A DNA stretch of 63,951 nucleotides, the filler included, from Dicyema japonicum (Eukaryota > Animalia > Dicyemida), in assembly GCA_011109175.1 (NCBI GenBank). It is 5 parts of 5 records of this genome, joined end to end, with 100 filler letters (N's around TTAATTAATTAA, not from the genome) between each part and the next. Parts side by side here need not be neighbours in the genome. Positions count along the whole stretch, not along the records: positions 37,497 to 52,630 come from RDEW01000136.1; 4 more parts are not named here. One strand, given 5' to 3'. Under the pieces are notes generated by a model. The model saw nothing but the letters and a program-made list of their open reading frames with translations, had not been told where the DNA came from and searched no databases. How positions within the stretch are numbered: the first letter of the stretch is position 1; every line of letters begins with the position of its first letter. The translations under genes were made by a program, and so were the position numbers. Below are positions 38,430 to 51,723 of the stretch, in pieces.

Positions 38430-40400
38430 ACCAGTGCAAGAATCTTGTCTTCTTCCTTACTTAGGACATCAAACAGTTTTTCCCCAAGGCCAACTTTATT
38501 GCTGACCTTCTCGACTTTTCCATGAGTAACATTATCCTATCCCTTTGACAGGAGAAAAACCACGCTTCACACCCGTATAGTAGCTCTGGTAGAATAATTC
38601 TTTATGAAGATAAACAATAAGGTCTCCAAGCTTACGAACAACTTGCTCGTACAGAGAAGCGCTTGTAGCGCCTTCTTCCTTCTTCGTCTGATATCCTCCA
38701 TGAAGGAACCTCCTCAATCGATAACTATCGCGAGGTAGCGGAGTGAGTTTACTTTTGGAATATCAAGTGAGTAGGAATGCACAGGGTGTCTCCGTAGACG
38801 GCTAACTTTCAAGCAGCTGGACTTCTCCTTAAAGAGTCTCATATCTCTCTTAGAGCACCAATCTTGCACTTGGTCAATGAATTACTTGATTCTTCTTTCC
38901 GATAAAGTTGACTTTCCAGACATGTCTGTAATTAGAATATCGTTTTCCAGTGTTTGATGCTCGCGTTGAATAAATTCTTCAACACGATTAGCAGATCATC
39001 TGGGCCTCCCTTGAACATTCTCATGCAAATATGGTCATATAAAGGGGTGTTAGCTTTGCATGCTTTAATGGCAATCACGACGTCCTCTGTCGTGATCTTC
39101 ATATCAGTATCTTTGAGATCGTCCTGGGAATGAGTAAGAAGTTCTTTTGAAGCTCTCAGCTCTTCCGTCGGGTTGACTCCTTGGATACGGTCTTGTTTCT
39201 TTTTAAAGATTTCTGGGACTTCTTCCATAAAATATGATCCATCTTCCGGTTTGTTCGGAGAGATTTTCATATCATTCCTCTTTTGGCCTGTTATTCTTTT
39301 GTAGATCTTCCAGAACGAAGGGTCTTTTGTGTTTAGTTTGCTTGCTTCAACCCTCCAACATTGTTCTATTGCCAGTCTTGTTACCTCTTCAATGGCTTTT
39401 TTGATTATCTTTAGTTGACCAGTCAATGTAGTTTGGTCCATCCAATCGATACATCTTCTGAGTTAGTTCATCAGTCGGTTTCTTTCTTTAATCATAGATA
39501 GCGTAGAAGGGGAGAAATTAATGCTCTTCTTATAATTGGTATCGGAGAGTCTTCTGCCGTAGAGTGATAAGTACTTCTCCTCTCCATCACAATTGAAAAG
39601 TTCTCTGTCTATGTTGTCAATATCACTTCGGGAATAAGGTCCCTCCTTCCAATTTTTAAGGTTTCTAAATATGTATCTTCTAAAGTGTTCCCAATTTAGT
39701 CTTGATTGGTCGTAGCCTGCAAACACTGACTCCGTAGTGTCCGGAGCCAGGTTCAGTGACATCTCTTGGGGGATGTGGTCGCTCCTGATGTCCCACATGA
39801 TCATCGGTCTCTCCACATATGTGTAGAGCAGTGGTGACACCAAGAACACCCCAACCATGTCTCCATCGTAGTGCGAAAAGTGATTCGGCTTCTCCGACGT
39901 CATAATCTCGAAGCCAGTCTTATCACTCAATTTTCTTAGCCTGATTCCATCCTCGTTGGTTCCGAGGAATCCATATTTAATGTTCTTGACATTTAGATTT
40001 CATACTAGGACAGACATATCGTTTCCTGCGAAGAATTCTTCAATTTCTGTGGAGCACTTTCTGAGGTCTTTTAAATACATTTCTCCAACATGTATCCAAC
40101 GGCCACAGCATCGCACCTCGACGAATCAAATTCACAATGTGTATTCATAATAACTTTTGGCACACGTATCTGTAGAACATCACTGTAGAACAATGTGGTT
40201 CCAGTACCAGCCTCTGCACCTTCGACCAATGGTATTTCTATAGAATTGTATCCCTGTAGCATTGTAGTGTCGGTCTTTTTCACCTTGGTCTCGTTGACCA
40301 CCAGGATATCAATTTTCTTGGACGACAGGAATAGTGCCAGGTCATGACCCCTCTTCCTCATCGATCGGGCGTTCACCAGCATTATCTACAGGTTTCTTTT
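38430..40400 (-). mobile_element. Degraded APE-type LINE (endonuclease, linker, RT C-terminal remnant)
   Basis: VNARSM..DILVVNETK; WDIRSDHIP; ITTEDVVIAIKACK; ILPELLYGCEAW. Confidence 0.75.
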
Positions 40401-40699
40401 CAATTTTCTTTTCGGATTTTCAAACAAACCAAGGCATTTGAAAACAGTCTGATAAAATACTAAAACGACGTAAATATTCGGATGAGCACTTATAGTTTGG
40501 AGTGATACTTACAAGCACAACAAATTACTTCCTATGTGTCTTATGTGTAGAAGGTCTTTACAAATGAAGGAATTAAGCCCTCAAGACAGTTAAATCATCT
40601 TAAGGTTTTTCATAAAATCAATAAAGTAAATATTAGCTTGCAAGAAACAATATCAATTTAATTTTATTTTGACAACCAAGACCACGGTAAAACCAAACT

Positions 40700-42600
40700 A
40701 TCTATCACGTGATCCCGATGCGTTCAACCAAAACCCTCATCCTTTTCCGGTGCTCCTCTCTCGTGTTCACACAAGCTCATACTGGGCGGCTGACTGTATT
40801 TGTAGGGCCACCTTCCCGCATGTTAAAGTTTAGTTTTATGAGGGCCTCCAGAGTAGTCGGTCTGGTTTTGTGTCTCCCACAAGTCTACCGCTCCGTGACT
40901 CTGAAAGCCTTCTTTTGTACGTCCTCGACTTTCTTAGTATTCGTCCATGATAATGAAGGTTCCCACAAAGCACACGCGTACGAGAAGCATGGTTCAATGT
41001 ATTGTTTGTATGGTTCAATGTAGATATTCATCAAGACCAGGTGGGTACCGGTCTTCCATCTTCCAGATGAACATTTCAATACATTGATTTTCATTTCGCA
41101 CTTCAGAACAATGTTTGTCACGTGTGGTGACAAACATAAGTGCATATCCAGTGTCACGCCCAGGATCTTCTGACATTTGATGAAGGGGATTTCAACGTTG
41201 TCCAATTTTAGAGTGACAGTCTTCTTCACCAACCTTTTGTCCGGAGTAAACATAGACGTGACCTAGAATTTACCGTGAGTCAGTTCAGGTAAATTTGTAA
41301 TCTTTTTGTAGCATTTTGGATATCCCGATCATGCGAGGCCAAAACAATGTTGTCCGCATATGAGAGTAGAACATCGTTATTAGATTCCGGTGTCGGGAGG
41401 TCGGCCAGGTATAAATTGAATAAAGGGGGATAAAGGAGATCCTTGGGGGACACCATTTGGGAGAAGACGCGAGACTGATTTCACTCTCCCCTCCGTCCAC
41501 TTTCTTCTCCTTTTGCAACATTTCGGATGGCTTTCCACACTTATCCGGTACTACGGTTGCGATTTACATTTGTAATAATCAGATTCCACTTCAATTTCTG
41601 GGCCTTGAACTCTCTGGCCTTTATTTCGTTGTTTAGAGCTCTATCCGGAGTTTCGTTCCTAATGTGATCCAATTACATTTTTTGAGGTGATATCTTTCTT
41701 TTACCAATGCTGACTTCCCTCGACTATTAGAGAAATTTATACGATGCTTGGGAATATCCAATGATCTTTATTCTAGGATTGTGTAAGTAAAGTATTTGAT
41801 CGCATTTTCTAGCGATTTGAAGCTGTCCAAGAACAATTCTTCAGTCTATCATCCGAGATTGCGCGAAACATTTCCCAAATAGCAGCTTTGTAATTTTATA
41901 ACTAGTAGGTGTTCTCCTCACTTTGACTTCTCTCTTGATCTTAATCACAATCGGGTTATGATCGCTTCTTGCTTCGTAGAAGACAGGTAATTTTCGATGA
42001 AAGTGATGTGGAGCAGAGTGTTACGTCGGGAGAGGTATGCAGATCCGTCTCTCGGAGTGGGGTCCTTGTAATTTTCGCTGGGTCATTCAGTATCGTTAAA
42101 GAGTCCGTTTTCCATAACAATAGTTTCTTTCTCGTGTCAGCCTGTTGGGTTGACAACCATAAGGGGTGCTTTGCGTCTAAATCTTTACATATGATGATCT
42201 CCTCATAGATAGCTAATCTTGATAGGTTTGGAGTAACATAGTCATTTGGGCAGGAGCCGGGAGTAGGCAAATAAATATTCAAGAGGCACAGACTTCCTTT
42301 TGTTCTCCCAAGAGAGATTCCAGTAACCTCGTCGTTTCCAACAAGTTTCCTCACTTCCGAAGTAATGTCTCTGCATTTCATGTTTTTTTTGAATAGAGTA
42401 AATAGTCTTTTTTTACAGTCCATCCTGATAGCCTCGTATCCAGGAATGAAGATTCATGAGGAGTTTAGTTTCTTGGATCATAGCCACGTCGATCTTCTGA
42501 ATTGCCAGTATTGAACGGAGTTCCCTTACCTTGCCTTTAATTCCGTTGATGTTCAATTGGAGAACAGTAAATTTTTTTCTCCACAGTTGGCTGAGAGTTT
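40700..42600 (-). mobile_element. Degraded APE-type LINE
   Basis: LQLNINGI..DVAMIQETK; NIYLP; SPDVTLC; KILGVTLD; YKQYIEPCFSYACALW. Confidence 0.75.
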
Positions 42601-43264
42601 TCTCCATGAATGTTTAGATTTTTTTGAAGTACATAGCTGGGGGTCGACAATGACCCCGGGAGGAAAGGGTCTAATGGTCCTTTTCGGGAGGGCATTAGAA
42701 GCCCTCTGGGCGTTGTCAAATTCTTTGAATTTTTTGACTTGGTAGACCACATAACGCCACGCTACTTAAAAATATTTATTGTAAAAGAATTATCATGCCT
42801 TTTATTGAAAAATTATTGCTTTATGAAAACAATATTAAAAAGATTTTTATTCATTTTCCAAGTCTACAAAAATTTGGGGTTTATGGTTCGTAATAATATT
42901 TATTAGTTTGAAAAATTAACAGATTCGCAAATATGGATATCAACAATGTGGCTTTGAAGCTCAAGTCATATTTAGCAAATATTGATATCAACAATTTTGG
43001 ATTACGCAAAAAAATCCTCAATTGTGGAATGAAATCGAAACACTTATAATAGCATTTCCTTCAACATACTAGTTGAAAGAGGATTTAGTTCAGTCTCCGA
43101 TATTTTGACCAAAAAAAGAAATAAATTACAAATTGTGTATAAAGGAGATTTGAGACTAAGTCTGTCAACCATGGAATTTGAAATAAAGCGATTGACAAAT
43201 TCTCATCAAGCACAAGGTAGTTACTAATATTAATTTATCGATTAACCCGGATACATCGAGAAAG

Positions 43265-43588
43265 GGTGGCTTAGTGGTTAGGTGTCGGGGTTAAGTGGCT
43301 TAGGCTACGGGGTTCAAATCTCGCTGCTGTTCACCTGGTGGAAGGTTCCACGTATCTAAGATGCAGAAATGGTTTGACTAGTGACGCCGTCATCAGTGGA
43401 AACTCACTGCGGAAGTGGATTGTCTAGAAAGGACACTCACACAAGAAAAAGAAAAAAAAAGAAGTGAAGATCATTCCTTGGTTCTACGATTAGTTAAAAT
43501 TAACTGTTCTTTACTTAAATAAAGTGTGTGTCCTGCTATGCGGAGCTATAAATACTATGGCTCTCGTGAAAAGGCTTTATTATTTATT
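43265..43588 (+). mobile_element. Full-length tRNA-derived SINE with 14-bp TSD
   Basis: TSD ATACATCGAGAAAG (43251-64, 43589-602); box A TGGCTTAGTGG, box B GGTTCAAATC; AATAAA; (TTA)-type tail; second copy at 60833-61062. Confidence 0.88.
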
Positions 43589-44124
43589 ATACATCGAGAA
43601 AGAAGTTAAAGTAAACAACTAATAAAGTGTATCCAGTTTCCACTTCTACAGAAACAGAATCCATTCGGAATCAACATAAAAGGAAAAAGATGTCCATACT
43701 TGCAGTTGTAAAAACCCATCCAGTGGAGTGGGGGAGAGCAAATGATCCTTTTTCGTGCCAGCCAGGCACTGGGCACCACCTGGACAGGTGGATCACATGA
43801 CACCATTCTAATAGGAAGAGAAAGGAGAAACAGACAGACAAACATTAAACTTAAACCAATTAGCCACGCAGCACCACATGGCGCCACGAGGCATAATTTT
43901 TTTCACTAAACTTGTTTTTATATAACAAAAAAGTTTTTGAATAAACTCTTTAATTTTAAAAATAATTAGTAATTTTTGATAATACTAAAATTTGGTCAGT
44001 TGGCATTGCATTCTAATTATGGAAACAGTTTGAAAAAATGACTGAATAAATCCGCAATTGAAAAAAAATTAAATTAAATTTTAAAGGGGATGCTGATATT
44101 TTGAAGCTTCAAATTTGTATCAAA

Positions 44125-44160
44125 AGGGGGCGCTGACTTAAAAAAGGTTAAGAACCACTT
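44125..44160. mobile_element. hAT/Buster-type terminal inverted repeat remnant
   Basis: GGGGGCG..AAAAAAGGTTAAGAACCACT resembles the hAT end at 2128-2143. Confidence 0.45.
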
Positions 44161-44199
44161 ATCTAAAGCTTGCTTACGAGATAAATCTTCGTATGCCAA

Positions 44200-45640
44200 T
44201 TCCCCTATGGTTGGAAGCAAAATGTGCAAGGTTGGCGGAACCATCGAAAATCTTATTCGAGGTTTCAAAACCCGCACTAAATTATCTGGTAGTTATCTTC
44301 AGAGATGACCCTGTGCTTACGGATTTCTTGGGGAGACTGTCGGGGTAAAAGTCGGTTGGCAAGCCATACCGATTCATATTACTTTCTTCATAACTTAATT
44401 TGCAGTCTTACTTTATAATAACTTACNGTACGTGGACTCTCAACTTTTTGGAATGCAGATGACGAATATCAGACTAATGAAGCAACAAATATGCTTAGCA
44501 ATACCATTCTCAAAGGCGACAAATTATTCATCTCTCAATCCTCATATGAGGATTTCAATCCCAATAAGATGCCTCCACCAGAAGATTACATGCAACTCCT
44601 TATGGATGATTAAGAAACGGATCAAAACATCGCTTGAAGATGGGGACTGTGTATATTTTCTACCAAGAACAGTGAAACTCGCTAACAAGGCTATCAACCA
44701 CCATGTATCAATAAGTTACAATAACTACCTATAGGTTCAATACTCTCCCATATATACCAATTCTCAATATTACTCTTTTCACTCCCGAACAAGTATGATA
44801 GACAGTCTGTTCGTCACATAATTCGTGTTCCAATGGCTTCGATGGAGTGTCTGCACGTCACCTGAACAATTGGGCCCCAGACGATATTGATATTGACGAA
44901 CGTACACAATTACTCTGTGAAGCAGATCCACCACAATTGACAATTTTATCCCAATTTATCATGGACAGCTTTAGTCCCCCAAGGGCCCATATGCGAACGG
45001 CCTTGGTTTCCATCGATATACAAAAGCCCTTCGACTCGGTATCGAGGACTCACATTACAAGGAAGATATTTGACTAGAATATGCATCCTAACCTTAAACT
45101 CAAGCTGGAAAACTTCATGTCCGGACTGCGAGGGAAAGTATGCATGACGAACAGCAATCGAGATCACGACTGCTTCCAAATGGAGTTCAACAGGTATCTT
45201 CTCTTTCCAGGATTATTCACTCTATTCCTTCACGACGTCCAACAGATTTACAACCCGAAACACATTACTCCTGTCCTATGCAGATGATGTCATCATCGCC
45301 TCAAGGAATAGCCCCCCTTTATGGAATCCGTGGGAGTCCAAACATACCTGGATCGTATGATGCACAATATACCTTCGCTCTATTCACGTGGGTTCGTCGC
45401 TTTTAAGGATGTCCCGAGGTCCTCCTGAGATATATGCCTATAGCGATTTAAAAGAACCCAAAAATCTTTTTTCGTCAGGCATCAGTTCCCCATAGACTTC
45501 CTTGAGGCACAAGCGAGACATCTCTGGGACGTTGTGGAGTCCCTCGATGAGCACAGGATGAAAATGGCGAGGGTAATAATTAGTTTGGAAACTACAACCT
45601 TCTTTGTGTTTCCCGGTGTTATATATGTCAATAAAATTAT
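44200..45640 (+). mobile_element. Heavily degraded LINE RT of the same family as 48262-49623
   Basis: ALVSIDIQKPFDSVSR; SRSRLLPNGVQQ; YADD remnant. Confidence 0.75.
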
Positions 45641-45737
45641 TTTTTAATATTTTAAGTTAATTTTTATTTTTAAAATTTAAATAAAAAAATAAATCAAATT
45701 AAAAAAAATTAAAAAAAAAAGAGTAATCACGTTTCTT

Positions 45738-46490
45738 ATGCACAGTGATGATGTGAGGATTTTTTAAATTATATTAATAGATCATTTGGTCAGTAATCTC
45801 TAAGAATAGCTGTTCTTACCGAATCAGGTAAAGTTCGAATGTTATTCCAGTACTGAAGATCATAAATTCTGCAGTCATGAATATAACCTCACTGGCTTTT
45901 GTAGTCGCAGTTCATGTCCCCTTGCCAATAGTCAGTACGCTACCCTCCGTGAATCCAAAGGCTCAATATTCCTTTTTATGAAGACTGCAGAACGAGCAGC
46001 CCTTCCTAACAAATGGTGGGAGCGACTGAAGCTATCCAAAGACCCAAAGAAGGCTAAAGAGCAGATCTCTAAACACCTGGAGTTTTGGCCTTCCTTTGTG
46101 CAGGAAAAGTGCAAGAAACGCCTAATAAAATTGAATAGAATGCTCCAAAGAACGCGGAAGATTGCCTTAAACAACGAAAAGATTATAATCCCTCTTCAGC
46201 GGAAGATAGAGAAGCGGGAGAAGCACAGAGAGGTAAGAAAATATGTAAGGGGTAGGAAAAAGCCTTGACTGCTGCGAAAATTGACTGAATATTGAGCAGG
46301 AGTTGTTGAGTCGACTGAAGGAGGGAGTGTATGATGGGGTTTATGACTTGGGAGAGGAAGTTGAGGAGGTTTGGTGGCTGTTTATCCATAGGAGAGTGTT
46401 GAGTTAGTGGATGATGAAATTGATGAATCTGACCAGGATATGGAGGATCTCAATGTTAATTGGGTACGCCGACGATGTTGTGATTATTAA
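45738..46490 (+). CDS. MAK16: MAK16 homolog (60S biogenesis), apparent 1-nt frameshift near 46285
   Basis: MHSDD/IIWSVI..FCSHEYNLTGFCSRSSCPLANSQYAT..FMKTAERAALPNKWWER..KCKKRL..RE/EKAL..IEQELLSRLKEGVY; introns 45753-80, 45828-50, 46233-55, 46369-91. Confidence 0.93.
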
Positions 46491-46684
46491 ATTATTTTTT
46501 ATGTCTCTTCTATATTTTAAGCGACATTTTTTGTCACAAATTTATTTCATAATATCCCGCTAACTATTACGGAGATGCCATTTTGATGTTGACTATGCAA
46601 TCAAATTGCAGTTTGTCTCATTTTGATCGACCAATTAGTTAGTTACATTGGTGATTTTTTGATATTTCAATGGTGTATTACAGC

Positions 46685-48175
46685 TGTGTCTCGTCAAATT
46701 GTTAGTTTTCTTGCGTTCTATTTGTTGTATAACTCTAATATATATCCCTAAGTTTTCCTAACTCTAATGCAAAACTGAAAGCTTAAGAACTCCTAATGAT
46801 ATTATAAATGATCTCAACGTTATGGATGATCAGATTTACCCTAAAATAATAATAACTGTTTTTATTAGAAAAAATTAAGAAATTTATATTGTAAAATTAT
46901 TCTAGCTTCGCTATTTTCTTGAATAACACTACCATATTCTCCATGGCATATACTCCTTCAACATGATAAGTGAATGTATCAATGTGTTCGTTTAAGCCAC
47001 TTTTTCGTGTTTTTTATTATTATCAAGATAGACCCTTCTAACAACACCTATGTTAAAAATAGAAATATCATTCTTCACATTCTTTTTGTTAACATTTTTC
47101 TTTCAGCATGTTTGAATTTAAAATTGCTTTTGTTCTCAAGTTTCACTTGATGACCAAAACCATGCAAGATATTCAGTTGCTTCAGTTTGTGTTTCTTGAA
47201 TCAATTTGCTTGAATATTTCATTTCCTCTTCTGAGCAATGATTATCAATGGTTTCATTGGCAGAAGCTCCGAACATCAATTTAAAAGGAGCGTGCAAAGT
47301 TGTTGAATGCTGGACAGAATTATGGAACTTGTAATTTCTTCGATTATGTCTATCCATTTGAAATTCAAATTTTTTGAAAAGCAGGTTGAAAAATCATAAA
47401 TAATGTATTCAGACGCTCGACTTGTCCCTGCACCCAAGGACGTCCCCTGACGTGTTTTATACCACATGTTGAGCATAACTCGAACATTTTTTCATTTACA
47501 AATCCTTGCCATTGTCCGTGTGCAAAATGTTGGTTTTCCAAACATTAAAATTATGCTCTTTATTGCACTTGACACCTCCGTAGCCGATTTACTCTTTAGA
47601 GGTCTTGTCCAGCAAAATTTGGAAAAGGAATCCAACCAAAAGCCAGCAAAAATTTTCATTGAAATTTGAATAGTGTCGTAGATCAACCAAATCAAAAATA
47701 TACTTGAAATTAGAATATTTAACTAGTACCTTTCTCTCACTGTATATGCTCTGATAGGTGTTATAGTTGGTCGAGTGTTCATGAGCCGTCTTGCCAGACA
47801 TTGTGAACAAGACCTGAGACAACCATAACTTCATCTCTGCAAGATCCATAGACTAGATTCTTTAGAAGAGAAAGAAGTCTATCACGACCAGGATGTCCAT
47901 TTTTGAGGTGAACATTTTCAATAAATATCCTCTTCTGTTCATCTTCTTCCAACGTGCAATAAAAATGCAATAAAATTCCACTTGTTTTGAAAAAAAATAG
48001 TTGAGCCGGCAATGAGTCTTTTAGTCTGAATAATGACGCAGTTCTTATGAAATTTCGTTTCTCCTTCAGCAAATTGTATGGTAAAATTTGATATCTCAGA
48101 TAGGTTATTATTTCTTGCTTTTGTAGCAGAGTAAAATAACAACCTTCATAACAAAAAACAAGCGTGAGCAAAAAT
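46685..48175 (-). mobile_element. Ginger-like integrase element, decayed, with an intron and CCCTAA-like 3' region
   Basis: HLKNGHPGRDRL; DLVDLRHYS..DSFSKFCWTRPLKSKSATEV; HSTTLHAPFKLMFG; intron candidate 47703-47729; CTCTAA/CCCTAA/TCCTAA at 46730-46845. Confidence 0.75.
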
Positions 48176-48184
48176 CTATTACTA

Positions 48185-49963
48185 TTCTATTTATTTTATT
48201 TATTTTATTTATTTTAATAACCCCGGGAACACCGAGAAAGAAAGACAAAAGAGTCAGACAGTTAGGTGATCCCAGTCCTCGCAATCACTTGTGCCATTCG
48301 ACGTCTGTGATCCTCCATCGTCCCCACTACTTTCCGGAAGAGCCTTCTCTCGGTTTTGCAGAGGAATCCGATCGGGGAGGGGAATTTCTTATCCAATCGG
48401 TTTTCTCTTGCCATGGGAAGGATTAGGCGAAGCGGATTTCCATCTTCCTCACAGAGGCGAAGAAATCCGGAGCCACGACTACGGATCTTAGCTTCCATGA
48501 GTAGTGGGTCGACTGTTGATCCATTACGTGGGGAAAGCATACTGATTGTTTTCCGGTATATCGAGTTGATTCTTTGGACCAAAGACTCCGATAGCCCGAA
48601 TCTCCATGCAACGGAGGCATACTCAATGGCAGGCGCGATTGTTTGTTGGTAGAGTGTAGAAACGGAAAAGTCCATGTTCCTCGTGGTCCTCCGAACAAGG
48701 GCGCGTATAACGTTAACTTTCTGGAGGCCCCTGGTGATCATGTCTGTTGCGTGGGAGTTGAATTTGAGAAGGGTGTCGTACTTGACTCCAAGGACAATGG
48801 GGGACTTTGTCACTGGAATCCTAGTGGGACCAATGAAAAGACTCGGTTCATCCTTGGAACGACGGTCCGACGTGAATGTGGAACAGATAGACTTGGTTGC
48901 AGAAATCGTTAGTCGATTGCCAGCAATCCAATCGTGGAGAATGTTCAATTTTGTCTGAGTTTTAAGGGATGCGACTTGAGTCGAGCGGTTCCGTATTGCA
49001 ATGACTACGTCGTCTGCGTAGGATAATAACAGGGAATCTTCGTCTCCATCATTAGGTAGGTCGTGTAGGAAAAGGTTGAATAGAATTGGTGAAAGTGGAG
49101 ACCCCTGGGGTACCCCGTTCGGTAGTAATCGTGATCTAGATCTGAGATCACCACTGACTACTCTTCCACGTCTTCCAGACAAAAAGTTGGCCAGCCATAA
49201 TTTCACATTCGGACGAATATTAGTAGAAAAAATTTTTCCAACCAAGATTTTCCTCGAAACAGTGTCAAAGGCTTTGTTGATGTCAATAGAAACCAAGATT
49301 GTGCGTTTGTGAGGCGGAGGATGGGTGTTAAAACCGTCGGCAATGAACTGCGATAGGGTAGCCAAGTATGTAGCGGTGGACCTACCGCGGAGGAAACCAT
49401 GTTGAAATATAGAACGTGGAAGATACGGAATAATGACTGAAATATAGGTTTCTCCATAATTTTTGACAGTGTGCTGGTAACGGAAATANATTTTTGACAG
49501 TGTGCTACTAACTGAAATGGGCCTGTAAAAGTCAGGTTCTGTCTCTGGTTTCCCAGCTTTCAATATCGGTCTGATGATAGAATTCTTCCAAATCTTGGGA
49601 ATAATAGTATAGTTAATGGACAAGTTGTATCTTTGCGTGAGGTAGCCAATTGCGTAGTGGCTTAGGTGTTTTAGGTGAATAGAGATACTTTGTCAGGCCC
49701 GCACGCCCGTGAGCTTTTAATCTGGTGATCACATCCAAGACTTGGTCATCTGAGAATAGTTCGTGGTAAGGTTCCTTCTTCGGTTTATGGGCACGCACCT
49801 TAATGTCCAGGTGTTTCAAGAATCGTTTGAAGATAATTCCAGCGTAATGTTTCATAAGGGTGTTAGGATGTAGATGGCATAAGTGTTTAGGAAAAGACTT
49901 TCCGGTTCCGTCTGCATCATCAAGCTCCTTGACTTTAAGCTCATTTTCACATTTTTCTTCCAT
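48185..49963 (-). mobile_element. APE-type LINE RT with (TAAAA)n tail
   Basis: YRPIS, QHGFLRGRST, IDINKAFDTV, GVPQGSPLSPILFN, YADD; A-rich tail at 48185-48218. Confidence 0.9.
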
Positions 49964-50829
49964 CTCTTATAAGACATTTTACTGATTTATTTGTTGGATC
50001 AATTTCTTTCATGTAAGTCATAAGTTCGTCTTCCTCAATCCACATTGACCCCTTTTTGATTTCGATTACCTTATGGTTTCCCTTCCATAAAGAAGAAGAC
50101 AAATTAATCTCTAAGACGAATTAGATTTTAGCTGATTCTTCTTTAAACTCTAATCGGAAAAACCCGCGACCTTATGCAGTCACTCAGGCGTTTTTCAGGG
50201 ATTTCAATCCACATAATTGATTTGCAAAATTAATACTCCACATAATTTTGTCAATAGCTGAGAGTTCAACTGTCATACATTCTCTTTATCTCTCCAATGC
50301 TATGTCGATTCTGGTCGGTGATTTGAGTTTATCTCTACCAGAGGCAAATCCTTAATTCTCTCAATACTATTCTTCTTAAAACCTCTCCTGAGGAGGCCTT
50401 TTTGGTTGCATTATTCCTCTATGAGGAGCTTTTTAACAACAAGCATAACCACACCACAACAGATTTTTTTCTTTCATTTATTGGCAACTTTGGCATTACT
50501 TGTGATGTTAAACCAATTAATACCCTCTTTATTTTTCTTTCTTTATAAAGTCTGTCAAAAGTTAAAGTTAAAGAAGTTTCTCACAACAAGTCCTTCCATA
50601 GCTCGGACTTTCTTCTACGTTCCAAGACCCTTCTTATGGTTTATTCTGTGCTGCAACATCTCTCAATGATAGCATCTTTTTAGGAAGTTTTCCATCCTTG
50701 ACTCAAACATATCTTTAATCGACATTACTAAAAAATTTCATCTTCATCTAACTTCTGGTCGATCCTTGCTCTCATCAATTTTTAAAGAAGATAGACAAAA
50801 CGCTACTTGTATGCAGTGTTATACCAATC

Positions 50830-51310
50830 ATGGAGAGTTAGAATGATCGTACGCAAAATAAATAAATATATGTCCGTTTCGAGTCTCATTTTCCTCACAC
50901 ACAATAACGCATGCTGGGCTTTCTTCCTTCGGAGTTTAAAGTCACATAATGTACTCCCGTTTTCTCAATAGGGGTTCCGAGATACATCAGACATCTCACA
51001 ATATTTATACCTCATAGGGATCCTTGCTGATTTCCTTTTCTACTTTGACCGAAAAACTTCATTGCATTAGATTTTCTTCTCACCGTATTAATCGTTGAAG
51101 ACCGTAACCAGTCTTTAATCTCTTCCATATGCACCTTGAGTCTCCTTTCTGAGATCATACTCGATCTCGACACATCAGAAAGTAGCACTTCGTCTGCGTA
51201 TATCAGAAATCTCGAACTTGGTGACCTCGGAGACGTGAAACCCGCCATTAGAATATTAAATAATAGAGGACTCAAAATTGATCCTTGTGAAACTCCTCTC
51301 TTCAATAATA
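50830..51310 (-). mobile_element. LINE RT fragment
   Basis: GVSQGSILSPLLFN..YADE. Confidence 0.75.
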
Positions 51311-51723
51311 TTATATTTGAAAAATAGACTTTTTTAACTTTCTTTGTTAATAAAGTTTGTCAAAGTTGTTAAAGTTTCAAATTGGTAACATAACATCAAT
51401 TTATTATAAACTGAACTAGGAGTTAGAAAGATGGTTTTATAATTGTCCTGCTATTATGGCCTGGACACTTCTCACGTCCCCCATCTTGTCAAATACTAGC
51501 GTTCTCTCACGAAAGCAACAAATCCTGTTCAACACTATATTTCATATTAGGAAGAGTATCTCATCCTCCATGAATAGGTTATTGTGTAGCCTTTTCCCCA
51601 ACGCCAGTTTTCTTGCAGACTTTCTAGACTTTTCCAATAACGATAGTATCCTGTCTTTCTTTGTAAACAGATACTACACCTCACAACCGTATATCAAACA
51701 GGGAAGGATTATACTCGAGAATA

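Noticed and set aside
43265-43330. Functional tRNA gene
   Set aside because: No complete cloverleaf, and it is embedded in a TSD-flanked element with a tail, so it is a SINE head
12956-46490. Cluster of nucleolar genes (USP36, KRI1, MAK16, exonuclease)
   Set aside because: They are spread over separate contigs; only two share a piece, which is compatible with chance
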